The notes beneath the pieces are model-generated. The model searched no databases, was not told the DNA's origin, and was given only the letters and a program-made list of their open reading frames with translations. Source: an uncultured delta proteobacterium (GTDB lineage: Bacteria; Desulfobacterota; Binatia; UBA9968). From it: a stretch of DNA of 64,000 nt. The stretch lies in contig CAVWLW010000025.1 of the NCBI GenBank assembly GCA_963755715.1, positions 32,001 to 96,000 of the forward strand, in the 5' to 3' direction. Below are positions 9,656-18,926 of this stretch, one piece after another. The stretch's first letter is position 1. Each line of letters opens with the position of its first letter. A program made the position numbers and the translations under genes.

Positions 9656-10821
9656 ATGTTATTCAAACGGTTTTTGGCATCGGCTTTCGCATGCGCGCTT
9701 ATCTTTGTAACCAGCAGCATGCGGAGCGGTGGCGACTCAAGAGGCTCAAGCAGCTACGGCGTCGGGAATCCAACCGGCGCAGGTGAATCCGGAACAGCTG
9801 CAGCAACTCGTGGCGCCGATCGCATTGTATCCCGACGAACTGGTCGCGGAAGTTCTGGCCGCGTCCACTTATCCCACTGAAGTCGTCCAAGCGAACCGCT
9901 GGCTGCAACAAAACTCCACCCTGAAGGACGAACAATTGGCCACCGAGGTGGACAAACAACCCTGGGATGCGAGCGTCAAAGCGCTCACGGAATTTCCTTC
10001 AGTGCTGGCCAATATGGATAAAAATCTTTCCTGGACATCGTCTCTGGGAGACGCCTATTACAATCACCCGCAGGAGGTTATGGCCGCCGTCCAGGTTATG
10101 CGCAAGCGCGCGGAAAACGCCGGCACCCTGAAAACCACGCAACAGCAAACGGTGACGACCCAGGGCCAGACGATCATCATCGAGCCGACGAATCCTCAAG
10201 TCGTCTATCTTCCCACCTACGACCCATGGGTGGTGTACGGAGCGCCGTTGGTGGTGTACCCGGGCTATGTCGATTTCTTCGTTGGCCCGTTTGTTTGGTT
10301 CGGTGGTTTTCCCATCGGCCATTTTCATCATCACTTTCCCTGGGGCTGGGGTTTCTGGGGCTGCAACTGGGGCGGTCGTTTCGTGGTTTTTAACCACGCT
10401 CGGTTTATTTCCAGAAGCCATGTCTTTTTTAACCATGGCCACGGCTTCGCCGGCGGTGATTTTCATGGTCACGACTTTCACGGCTTTCACAGCGGTGAAT
10501 TTCACGGTCAGGCCTTTCATAATTTTCATGGCGCAGGGTCGGGGTTTGACCATCGGGACTTCCGCGGCTTTGCTGCGCCGCACGTGGCACCGAACGGCCA
10601 TCCCGGCGCGTTTAGCAGATTCGACCATGGCGGCCGGACAAACAACTTTTCCGGCCGTGGCCAATCCAGTTTCGGCGGCGGCTTTCATGGCGGCGGCGGC
10701 TTCAATGGCGCACCGCACGGCGGTTTTGGCGGCATGCATGGCGGCGGCTTCAACGGCGCGCCGCTTCGGCGGCTTTGGCGGCGGCGGTTTTCATGGCGGC
10801 GGTGGCGGCGGCCACAGATAA
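9656..10821 (+). CDS. DUF3300-domain exported protein with Gly/His/Phe-rich tail; frameshifts near 9722 and 10765
   Basis: RBS AAGGAG and a signal peptide at 9656. Contains LQQLVAPIALYPDELVAEVLAASTYP, WDASVKAL and IIIEPTNPQVVYLPTYDPWVVYG. Confidence 0.88.
10674..10812 (+). repeat. Coding tandem repeats (GGGFHGGGGFNGAP-like units)
   Basis: Two near-identical GGCGGCGGCTTCAAYGGCGCRCCGC units plus GGC runs. Confidence 0.75.
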
Positions 10822-10881
10822 TCGGCTGTCTGCGCCGCTCGATTGCTATCTAAGAGACGAACTGGAGACAAGCAGTCATGG

Positions 10882-10942
10882 TGAGCTAGCCCCGATTTCA
10901 CGGACAGGTAAATTAGGCAACAGCCTTCGACCGTTCATAGTC
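10882..10942 (-). mobile_element. Probable IS3-family right-end scar
   Basis: TGAGCTAGCCCCGATTTCACGGACAG resembles IS3-family terminal repeats (TGA..CCC..GGACA). On the minus strand it follows DYERSKAVA*, which resembles an OrfB C-terminus. No transposase body or partner end was found. Confidence 0.5.
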
Positions 10943-11254
10943 AAACTGAACCACTTCCGAGGTGGCGGACCACTGCCGTCTCATAATGACTCGGTTTTGC
11001 TTCCTCTTTTCTTCGGCAACAGAATTCTGTGTTGAGGTGGGGGCAACGCCGAAACCGCCCGCTCCATTAAGGACCGCCGCCGGCTCAGTCTCAGTATTTC
11101 CCTGGCGGTTCTCTTCTCGGCGCGGATCGTTTGCTGCCATGGCAAAATAATCCCTGGCGATGTCAATGGCATACGCATTTAGTTCACGAAGGTTGTCGAA
11201 CTCTGTCATCGCGATGGTAACGTTGCTCTGGGATTTGTGCATTTGGTGGATCAA
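10913..11254 (-). CDS. Hypothetical protein
   Basis: 113 aa ORF with AAAGGGGGA upstream. The 3' end runs into the IS-like scar. Confidence 0.45.
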   Translation of the reverse strand: MIHQMHKSQSNVTIAMTEFDNLRELNAYAIDIARDYFAMAANDPRREENRQGNTETEPAAVLNGAGGFGVAPTSTQNSVAEEKRKQNRVIMRRQWSATSEVVQFDYERSKAVA

Positions 11255-11457
11255 TCCCCCTTTTTCCGAAGCTTGTAATGTATATCGGTCAGTCTCGCCA
11301 ACTTCTTTATAAATTTCTCCTTACAAGGGTCGCCATCGGGCAACCTTCTTGGCCACTGCCTCGCTCCGCTTCAATTCAATACCACGCTTTAGCCCGGCGA
11401 GCGCTGCGTCGAGCATATCGCCTTCGTCGATGTATGACACAGCTAAGATATTTTTCC

Positions 11458-11472
11458 TGGCACGCGTAATGC
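11458..11472 (+). promoter_or_regulatory. Sigma54-type promoter
   Basis: TGGCACGCGTAATGC with GG-N10-GC spacing, followed by AAGGAG and an ATG at 11515. Confidence 0.6.
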
Positions 11473-11514
11473 ATTTACATTATGGCAAGATATTCAAGGA
11501 GCGTATAAATCCCC

Positions 11515-11715
11515 ATGACCCCCAAATGGACTGGCTACCTGGTTAGAGCTCTAAACGAGTTTGCTTCGCTTACTGCTGCGTGCGGGACTATTGACGCAAG
11601 CGATCGGATTCCGATACCAGCGAAAGCTTCGATAGACGCCGATAGGGAGCATCAATCGAAGCAAAAGAAATCTTCCGGGAAACCCAGGCGGCGAAAATAT
11701 AACCGCAAAGGGTAG
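11515..11715 (+). CDS. Small basic hypothetical protein
   Basis: 66 aa with a K/R-rich C-terminus, downstream of the sigma54-type motif. Confidence 0.45.
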   Translation: MTPKWTGYLVRALNEFASLTAACGTIDASDRIPIPAKASIDADREHQSKQKKSSGKPRRRKYNRKG

Positions 11716-12125
11716 TTTCCGCCGGCTAATTAATCATCGCAAGAGTTGTCGTGCGCACCGGTCCCGCACAGATTTTTTCAGGGTAGTGGCCTGCCGATGA
11801 AATCTTTTTGCCCATAATGTCAGACAGCGTTGACAAGCTTGACGCCGAATGGCGCAGGGAAGAGAATCGCAAGCTCATGAACGCGCTGCTCATACCAACC
11901 GAATGTTTGTGATCTACAGCAGATAGACGGCCAGTAGTGCCGCGACCCTGAGCGCGATTAATTGCTCAATCACGCCCGGTGAGAGCGAATGGAAGGCCAC
12001 GATATTTCGATGCTGCTGGTTGACTCTCCGGAGTGCCTTCAACTAGTTGTCGAACGAGGGCGGCGCTGACCCGAGGTAAAGGATTAGCAGACGAACGGTG
12101 ACAGTTAGACGTGCATAGGTCCTAA

Positions 12126-12918
12126 TTATCGCGACGAAAGAGCACCAAAATCCTGCAGAGATACCGTTAAAGGCTCGTTCAAATTAGGGCGTAGCCGATA
12201 CTCAATATTAAACCGATATACATGATCCAGAAAGTAAGAAACTGCCAGTTTATCTTTCTGAACCAAGAAGAAGGTGTATCGCGCAACATCCCCGTTGTTT
12301 CCATGTAGCTCTCCTTCCGTCATACAGAGGTAGACAGCAACAGGAATGCCAGAGCCGAAAATTGTCGGTAAGTACCTGTACTTGTGACGTTAACCGCGAT
12401 GATGTGAATAGGTCATGTAGTGCGGGGCGGGAGGAAAAACCACATACTTATTACCGAGTCGTACTGTTTTTCATCCAGTGGCTACTTAATTGGCTTGTAC
12501 AAACACCCCGGCCTGAGCTGATGAAAGAGTAGTATTGACGTTTCGAGTCTGGTTAACTCGATAAACGACAGCCCCAGACATTCGGTCGGGCCAATTCAGC
12601 ACCGATTCCGATTCCTCCGGAATATGGGCTGTCGCGGATCGAACACGAACGCCAGGAGCAAGTCCATCCTCCTCTTCATGGATCTTGTCACCGTGCGCCC
12701 CTTCGATCAGCATGAATGTTCGATATCCCTGACTGGTGTCTCATCTTCGGCGATTTTGCGGCGCCTCGCATGATGGCGTCGATCTGTTCTGGTTGTCGCT
12801 TGGCTTCCTCAAGATCTTGATAGTCACCCCGCAGATCGGCCCGACGATTCCACCGGTTGTCGTGCCTTGACCAGTGCCAATAATCTCTCGCCCAAACCTG
12901 AAGCCGGAAAGTCGGCAA
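12126..12918 (-). pseudogene. Cluster of short broken ORFs of unknown function
   Basis: ORFs 12126-12323, 12486-12713 and 12688-12918. Lower GC, in-frame stops upstream and no recognisable motif. Confidence 0.3.
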
Positions 12919-13048
12919 AAATCCGACGAGTCGAAGGAAAAATAATTCCAGGAAACTATTTCGGATACGTACGTTTTTGACTCATCATCGCGACCAGCGC
13001 CATCATGCTCACAATCGCATGGAAACCAAGCCTATGGCAGCAGTCGTC

Positions 13049-13078
13049 TTGACAATAAAGACCTAAGGAGTCTATATT
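13049..13078 (+). promoter_or_regulatory. Sigma70 promoter of the suf operon overlapping a candidate Rrf2 operator
   Basis: TTGACA-N18-TATATT. The spacer carries the imperfect palindrome ATAAAGACCTAAGGAGTCTATAT. Confidence 0.7.
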
Positions 13079-13094
13079 CAATTGTGAGGAAAAT

Positions 13095-13586
13095 GTGAAA
13101 CGCGCGAGGGTCAAAAGCGAGCGCAGTTCGCTGATGAATGTCGGGCGGCGCGTCGATTATGCGGTGCGCGCGCTTTCTTATCTCGCCGGACAACCCGAAG
13201 GTAAGATCGTGAGCCGGGCGGATATCGAAAAGAGCCAGGACATCCCGTCATTTTATCTTTCAAAGATCATGAAAGACATGGTTGCCGGCGGTTTGGTGCA
13301 ATCGCACATCGGCTCGAAGGGTGGTTTTACCCTAGCCAAGCGGGCGGCGGCGATATCTATTAAAGACGTTTATGAAACTGTCGAGCGGCCGCTGGTGTTG
13401 ATGGAGTGTCTCGAGCAGGGCGCCAATTATTGTTCTTTCTGCGCGGTTTGCTCGCAAAAGTCGGTGTGGGAGAAGGCGCAGATCGTGCTCGCAGAATTTC
13501 TCGCCGGCGTGTCGGTCGCGGAGATCGCCGATCGGCAGGGGCTTAAAGGGCGGTTGACCCGATTGCCGCTGCAAAAGGCGGTTTGA
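13095..13586 (+). CDS. Rrf2 family (IscR/SufR-like) transcriptional regulator
   Basis: DYAVRALSYLA, GSKGGFTLA and the Cys cluster ECLEQGANYCSFCAVC. An alternative ATG lies at 13134. Confidence 0.92.
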   Translation: MKRARVKSERSSLMNVGRRVDYAVRALSYLAGQPEGKIVSRADIEKSQDIPSFYLSKIMKDMVAGGLVQSHIGSKGGFTLAKRAAAISIKDVYETVERPLVLMECLEQGANYCSFCAVCSQKSVWEKAQIVLAEFLAGVSVAEIADRQGLKGRLTRLPLQKAV

Positions 13587-13611
13587 ACCGAGTGTTTTGA
13601 GAGGCATCAGC

Positions 13612-14370
13612 ATGTTGGATATTCGCGGGCTCAGGGCAAAGGCTGGAAATAAGGAAATTTTGCGCGGCATCGATCTGCACGTCGGCGCCGGCGAAGTGCA
13701 CGCCATCATGGGTCCGAACGGTTCGGGTAAAAGCACGCTGGCGCATGTTTTGTCGGGCCGGGAAAATTATGAAGTGACCGGCGGTGAAGTCATTTATCGC
13801 GGCAAAGATCTTCTGGCCATGAGCCCCGAGATGCGCGCGCGCGAAGGAATTTTTCTCGCGTTTCAATATCCCGTCGAGATTCCCGGCATCAGCACGACGT
13901 ATTTTCTCAAAGCGGCGTTGAATGCGGTGCGCAAGCACAATGGCTTGGAAGAACTGGACGCAATGGAATTCCTGGCGCTGATTAAAGAAAAACTGAAGTT
14001 GGTGGAAATGGATCAGGTGCTGATCAATCGGCCGCTCAACGAAGGTTTTTCCGGCGGCGAAAAAAAACGCAATGAGATTTTACAGATGGCTGTCCTGGAC
14101 CCGGTGCTCGCACTACTCGACGAAACCGATTCGGGTCTCGACATCGATGCCTTGCGCGTGGTCGCCAGCGGCGTCAATGCCTTGCGCCGACCCGATCGTG
14201 CGATGATCGTGATTACTCATTATCAGCGTTTGCTCAATTACATCGTGCCCGATTTCATCCATGTTTTGTTCGAGGGGCGAATCATAAAATCAGGCACGAA
14301 AGAATTGGCACTGGAGCTCGAGAGCCGGGGATATGATTGGCTCAAAGGCGCCGTCGCCGCCGTTCATTAG
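13612..14370 (+). CDS. sufC: Fe-S assembly ATPase SufC
   Basis: GPNGSGKST, FSGGEKKRNEILQ and LDETDSGLDIDAL. Confidence 0.97.
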   Translation: MLDIRGLRAKAGNKEILRGIDLHVGAGEVHAIMGPNGSGKSTLAHVLSGRENYEVTGGEVIYRGKDLLAMSPEMRAREGIFLAFQYPVEIPGISTTYFLKAALNAVRKHNGLEELDAMEFLALIKEKLKLVEMDQVLINRPLNEGFSGGEKKRNEILQMAVLDPVLALLDETDSGLDIDALRVVASGVNALRRPDRAMIVITHYQRLLNYIVPDFIHVLFEGRIIKSGTKELALELESRGYDWLKGAVAAVH

Positions 14371-14396
14371 TCCCGCTTGTTGTACTCGGAAAGAAT

Positions 14397-15716
14397 ATGA
14401 TTGCCGCGGAAAGTAAAGAGCGCTATCTCGCCGCCTTCGAGCAGTCGCAGTCAAACGGAAATGGCGCGGCTCCGGCGTGGCTCAAAGAACTGCGCAGAGA
14501 CGGAATCGCGAGCTTTGCGGCGCAGGGATTTCCGACGACAAAAAATGAAGAGTGGAAGTACACCAGTGTCGAGCCAATCGCCTCATTGCCCTTGGCGCAG
14601 ACCCAAGGATCTGAGCGCCGCGTCGATACCGACGAAATCCTGGCACGGAGTTTTGCTGATACCGCCTGTCCACGCTTGGTCTTTATCAATGGCGTCTGGG
14701 CGCGGGAATTTTCCTTTGTGCAGGATCTGCCTCGCGGCGTTCGCCTCGCCAGCTTGGCGGAGCTTATAAAGCAAGACGCGCCGCTTTTGTCAGAGCAGCT
14801 TGGGCGTCATGCGAATTATCGGCGCCAGGCTTTCGTGGCGCTCAACACGGCTTTTATGGGCGACGGTGCGGTGGTGGTTATTCCTCCAGGGTGCTGTTTG
14901 GCGCAGCCGATTTATCTGATTTACGCATCGAGCCCCGGCGCCGGACAATTGGTGTCGCATCCGCGCACGCTTATTTTTCTCGGCGCGGGGAGCCAGGCTA
15001 AAATCATTGAGAGCTACGTCGGCGTGGAAGAGGGCGCTTATTTCTGTAACGCGGTCACGGAACTGATCGGCGAAGCGGATTCGCTGGCCGATTATTATCG
15101 CTTGCAGCGCGAAGGTCGTGCCGCGTTTCACACGGGCACCTTCGACGCCGACTTGGATCGCGGCGCCCGTTTAACGGCGCACGCGGTGATCCTCGGCGGA
15201 TCTTTGATTCGAAACAACGTTCACGTGGCGCTCAACGGCGAAGGTGCTGAATGCGTACTCAACGGTCTTTATCTGGCCGGCGATAAGCAGCACGTCGATA
15301 ATTTCACCGAGATCGATCATCTCAAGCCGCGCGCAACCAGCTTCGAGCTTTATAAAGGCATCTTGAACGGCGCGGCGCATGGCGTTTTCAACGGTAAAAT
15401 CGTCGTTCACAAAGACGCGCAAAAATCCAATGCGCGCCAGGTCAATAAGAATTTGCTCCTATCCGAAAACGCTGTGGTGAATACCAAACCGCAATTGGAA
15501 ATCTACGCCGATGACGTCAAATGCAGCCACGGCTCGACCATCGGTCAATTGGATGCCGACGCTTTGTTTTATCTTCGCACGCGCGGCCTGGGCGCGGCGG
15601 AAGCTCGGAGTCTTTTGAGCTTCGCCTTTGCCGGCGACGTCGTGGGACGAATTAAAGTCGATTCTTTACGGCGCCAACTGGACGATTATTTGGCGGCGCA
15701 GTTTCGGAGAGTTTGA
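14397..15716 (+). CDS. sufD: Fe-S assembly protein SufD
   Basis: [20 protein letters not shown] and [20 protein letters not shown]. Confidence 0.94.
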   Translation: MIAAESKERYLAAFEQSQSNGNGAAPAWLKELRRDGIASFAAQGFPTTKNEEWKYTSVEPIASLPLAQTQGSERRVDTDEILARSFADTACPRLVFINGVWAREFSFVQDLPRGVRLASLAELIKQDAPLLSEQLGRHANYRRQAFVALNTAFMGDGAVVVIPPGCCLAQPIYLIYASSPGAGQLVSHPRTLIFLGAGSQAKIIESYVGVEEGAYFCNAVTELIGEADSLADYYRLQREGRAAFHTGTFDADLDRGARLTAHAVILGGSLIRNNVHVALNGEGAECVLNGLYLAGDKQHVDNFTEIDHLKPRATSFELYKGILNGAAHGVFNGKIVVHKDAQKSNARQVNKNLLLSENAVVNTKPQLEIYADDVKCSHGSTIGQLDADALFYLRTRGLGAAEARSLLSFAFAGDVVGRIKVDSLRRQLDDYLAAQFRRV

Positions 15717-16987
15717 GTATTACCATGAAGGCGATGTCTCACTTGGCTGAATCGCGCGCTCCCTCCGGCAGCTTCGATGTCATGCGCTTGCGCGAGGATT
15801 TTCCGATTTTGAAGTTGAAAGTTCATGGCAAGCCGCTGGTCTATCTCGACAACGGCGCGACCAGTCAAAAGCCGCAGGCGGTCATCGATGCGCTCAATCG
15901 CTATTACAGCGCGGAGAACTCCAATATTCATCGTGGGGTTCATTACCTAAGCGAGCATGCCACCACGGTTTACGAAGCGGCGCGGGGGAAAATACGGCAA
16001 TTTATCAACGCGCGATCGGATAAGGAGATCATTTTCGTGCGCGGCACGACGGAAGCGATCAACTTGGTGGCGCAGTGTTACGGGCGCAGTTTTCTCAAAG
16101 CCGGCGATGAAATCATCGTCTCAGCGATGGAACATCACTCCAATATCGTGCCGTGGCAGATACTTTGTGAACAGACTGGGGCAAAGCTGCGGGTCATTCC
16201 GATCAATCACGAGGGCGAGCTGGTGATGGAAGAGTTTCGCCGGCTGTTAAACGATAAGACCAAGTTTGTTTCGATAACCCACGTGTCCAATGCGCTCGGC
16301 ACAATCGTGCCGGTCAAAGAGATTGTCGCATTGGCTCATGAGCGCGGCGTGCCGGTCATGCTCGACGGCGCCCAGGCGGTGCCTCATTTGAGAGTCGACG
16401 TACAGGATCTCGGCTGCGATTTTTACGCCTTTTCCGGTCATAAGTTGTTCGGGCCCACGGGCGTGGGGGTGCTTTACGGGAGCGCCGAGCTGCTCGAAAA
16501 AATGCCGCCGTACCAGGGCGGCGGCGACATGATCAGTTTGGTGACGTTCGAAAAGACTCATTACAATGTGTTGCCCTACAAGTTCGAAGCAGGCACGCCC
16601 AATATTGCCGGCGGCATTGGACTCGGCGTCGCCATCGACTATTTGCTGCCATTGGATTGGTGCCAGCTCGCGGCGCACGAGCACAAGCTGCTGAGCTACG
16701 CCACGGCTGCGCTCTCAAGCATCGACGGCTTGCGCATTATCGGCACCGCTAAGGAAAAAGCCGGTGTGTTGTCGTTTGTCTTGGATCACGTGCACGCGCA
16801 CGATGTCGGCACGATTCTAGACCAAGAAGGGGTGGCGGTGCGCGCCGGGCATCATTGCGCGATGCCCGTGATGCAACGCTTCGGCGTGCCAGCAACGACG
16901 CGCGCGTCGTTCGCTTTTTACAATACCATCGAGGAGATCGATGTGCTGGTGCGAGCCATCCATCGGGTCCGGAAAGTTTTTGGCTGA
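15713..16987 (+). CDS. sufS: Cysteine desulfurase SufS (group II)
   Basis: [16 protein letters not shown] and RAGHHCA. Confidence 0.96.
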   Translation: MSITMKAMSHLAESRAPSGSFDVMRLREDFPILKLKVHGKPLVYLDNGATSQKPQAVIDALNRYYSAENSNIHRGVHYLSEHATTVYEAARGKIRQFINARSDKEIIFVRGTTEAINLVAQCYGRSFLKAGDEIIVSAMEHHSNIVPWQILCEQTGAKLRVIPINHEGELVMEEFRRLLNDKTKFVSITHVSNALGTIVPVKEIVALAHERGVPVMLDGAQAVPHLRVDVQDLGCDFYAFSGHKLFGPTGVGVLYGSAELLEKMPPYQGGGDMISLVTFEKTHYNVLPYKFEAGTPNIAGGIGLGVAIDYLLPLDWCQLAAHEHKLLSYATAALSSIDGLRIIGTAKEKAGVLSFVLDHVHAHDVGTILDQEGVAVRAGHHCAMPVMQRFGVPATTRASFAFYNTIEEIDVLVRAIHRVRKVFG

Positions 16988-17439
16988 TGTCGGATTTAGA
17001 CGAGCTCTATCAGGAAGTCATTCTCGACCATAACAAGAGTCCGAGAAATTATCGCGTGATGTCCGATGCTAACCGCAAAGCGGAAGGCTACAATCCGCTG
17101 TGCGGCGATCACGTCACGGTGTATCTGCATCTTGAAGACGGCGTGATTCGCGACGTGAGCTTTCAAGGCTCGGGTTGCGCGATTTCCAAGGCTTCGGCGT
17201 CGATGATGACCGCCGAGCTGAAAGGCAAGTCCGAGGCCGCGGCCCATGAGCTGTTTGAAAACGTGCACAAAATGTTGACTGGCGATGGCGGCGGTGAAAG
17301 CGGTGACGAGAAGGTCGGCAAGCTGAAAATTCTTTCCGGCGTATGTAAATTTCCGGCGCGGGTTAAATGCGCCAGCTTGGCCTGGCATACAGTCAACGCG
17401 GCGCTACAGGGCGAAACTAAGCCGGCCACGACGGAGTAG
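16987..17439 (+). CDS. sufU: SufU sulfur-transfer protein
   Basis: ATG overlaps the sufS stop. LYQEVILDH, NPLCGD, GCAISKAS and RVKCA motifs. Confidence 0.94.
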   Translation: MSDLDELYQEVILDHNKSPRNYRVMSDANRKAEGYNPLCGDHVTVYLHLEDGVIRDVSFQGSGCAISKASASMMTAELKGKSEAAAHELFENVHKMLTGDGGGESGDEKVGKLKILSGVCKFPARVKCASLAWHTVNAALQGETKPATTE

Positions 17440-17465
17440 TTGGCGGAGCACGCTGAAAGGAGTCC

Positions 17466-18029
17466 ATGCGGATGAACACCGAAAAACCGATTAAGCTGCA
17501 ACGCGACTGCGACGCGGTTATGGTTCCGAGCGGCGAGCATGCCTCCTTGCTTGCCGGCAGCATCGTTTGGTTGACTCAAGCATTGGGCGGGACTTATACG
17601 GTGATGACGGAGCGCGGCTATAGCGTGCGGATCGACGGTCAAGACGGCGACGCTCTCGGCTTTGCGCCGGGAGCGGAAGAAAATTGGCCGCAAGCGCGCG
17701 AAGAAATGCCGGCGGGTTCGATCGACGAGCTGGTCTGGAATGAGCTGCGTTCCTGCTTTGATCCGGAAATACCCGTCAACATCGTCGACCTCGGTTTGAT
17801 CTACGACTGCGCTGCGCAGCCTTTGCCGGAAGGCGGATATAAAGCCATCGTCCGGTTCACGTTGACGGCGCAAGGGTGCGGCATGGGACAGTTTCTCAAG
17901 GCCGACATCAAGAAGAGATTGCTCTCCGTGCCCGGCGTGCGCGAAACCGATGTCGAGTTGGTGTGGGATCCGCCCTGGAATCAGAGCATGATTTCCGTGT
18001 GCGCCAAACAGCAATTGGGCATTGAATAA
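17466..18029 (+). CDS. sufT: Long-form SufT (N-terminal extension plus DUF59)
   Basis: RDCDAVMVPSG...TQALGGTYTV N-terminal domain, then DPEIPVNIVDLGLIY, TLTAQGCGMG and VWDPPW. Confidence 0.9.
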   Translation: MRMNTEKPIKLQRDCDAVMVPSGEHASLLAGSIVWLTQALGGTYTVMTERGYSVRIDGQDGDALGFAPGAEENWPQAREEMPAGSIDELVWNELRSCFDPEIPVNIVDLGLIYDCAAQPLPEGGYKAIVRFTLTAQGCGMGQFLKADIKKRLLSVPGVRETDVELVWDPPWNQSMISVCAKQQLGIE

Positions 18030-18059
18030 GCGGCCTTAAAGAGTCAGGTTGGTAGAAAA

Positions 18060-18380
18060 ATGGCAAGCATCAACGAAACTATCATCGAAGCGCAGGTGAT
18101 TGAAAGTTTGCGCTCCTGCTTCGACCCCGAAATCCCAGTCAATATCTACGAGCTGGGATTGGTCTACGAGGTGAAGGTGAGTGCCGAAGGCGCGGTGACG
18201 ATCCAAATGACGCTCACTTCGCCGCACTGTCCGGCGGTGCAGTCGTTGCCGGCCGAGATCGAAAGTAAAGTAAAGACCGTGGACGGCGTCACGGACGTAA
18301 AGATCGATCTGGTGTGGGACCCGCCCTGGGAGCCGAGCAAGATGTCGGAAGCCGCCCGCCTGCAGCTCGGCATGATGTAA
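18060..18380 (+). CDS. Short DUF59/SufT-PaaD family Fe-S assembly protein
   Basis: DPEIPVNIYELGLVY, MTLTSPHCP and VWDPPW. Confidence 0.92.
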   Translation: MASINETIIEAQVIESLRSCFDPEIPVNIYELGLVYEVKVSAEGAVTIQMTLTSPHCPAVQSLPAEIESKVKTVDGVTDVKIDLVWDPPWEPSKMSEAARLQLGMM

Positions 18381-18414
18381 TCGATTGAAAACGCATTTCT
18401 TAGGACCGTTCTCG

Positions 18415-18825
18415 ATGGCTGAGAGTCTGTTCGAAAAACTCGGCGGCGAAAGCGGATTGCGCGCGATCGTCAACGCGTTTATCGATCGCGTTTTCGAAGA
18501 TCGCATGATCGGCTTTTTCTTTCGAAATGCGGACCGAGCGCGTATCAAGGAAATGGAGTATCAGCTTGCTGCCAGTTTTCTCGGCGCCGATATTAAGTAC
18601 ACCGGCAGGCCGCTCGGTAAAGCGCATGTAAATCACCCGATCATGGGTGGGCACTTCGCGCGCCGTCGCCAGATTCTCAAAGAAACGTTGGAAGCTTATC
18701 AGGTCCCGGAAGAAATCCAGGCGGCGTGGCTTCAACACACCGATTCTCTGCGACCGCTTATCACTCCTGAAACGGGTTCGGATTGCGATCCGATCGCTGC
18801 GCGAGCGCGAGTTAAGCGGCGATAA
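18415..18825 (+). CDS. Group I-like truncated hemoglobin
   Basis: SLFEKLGG, DRMIGFFF and YTGRPLGKAH (proximal His) fit the 2/2 globin pattern. Confidence 0.85.
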   Translation: MAESLFEKLGGESGLRAIVNAFIDRVFEDRMIGFFFRNADRARIKEMEYQLAASFLGADIKYTGRPLGKAHVNHPIMGGHFARRRQILKETLEAYQVPEEIQAAWLQHTDSLRPLITPETGSDCDPIAARARVKRR

Positions 18826-18926
18826 CTACAGATAAAATCTTTCATTTCTCGTTTTGCGCCAATTGTTCATCGCATAACATTGTGTTATTAATACCGCTAC
18901 GCCGAAGGTAGTCATCAAGGAACTGT

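Noticed and set aside
10440-10812. Repeats in the DUF3300 3' region as a CRISPR array or non-coding VNTR
   Set aside because: The units are codon-phased Gly/His/Phe repeats with no unique spacers, and there are no cas genes.
12049-12110. attC-like pair GTCGAAC...GTTAGAC next to a short lower-GC ORF
   Set aside because: One core site breaks the RYYYAAC consensus, the inner arms pair poorly, and there is no second site or integron integrase in the window.
5810-13020. Prophage, ICE or defence island
   Set aside because: I found no integrase, tRNA/att repeat, phage structural gene or intact defence gene, only short fragments.
14397-15716. Possibility that the SufBD-family gene is SufB
   Set aside because: It carries SufD-type motifs ([22 protein letters not shown]) and lacks the Cys-containing SufB motifs such as YxEGCxAP.
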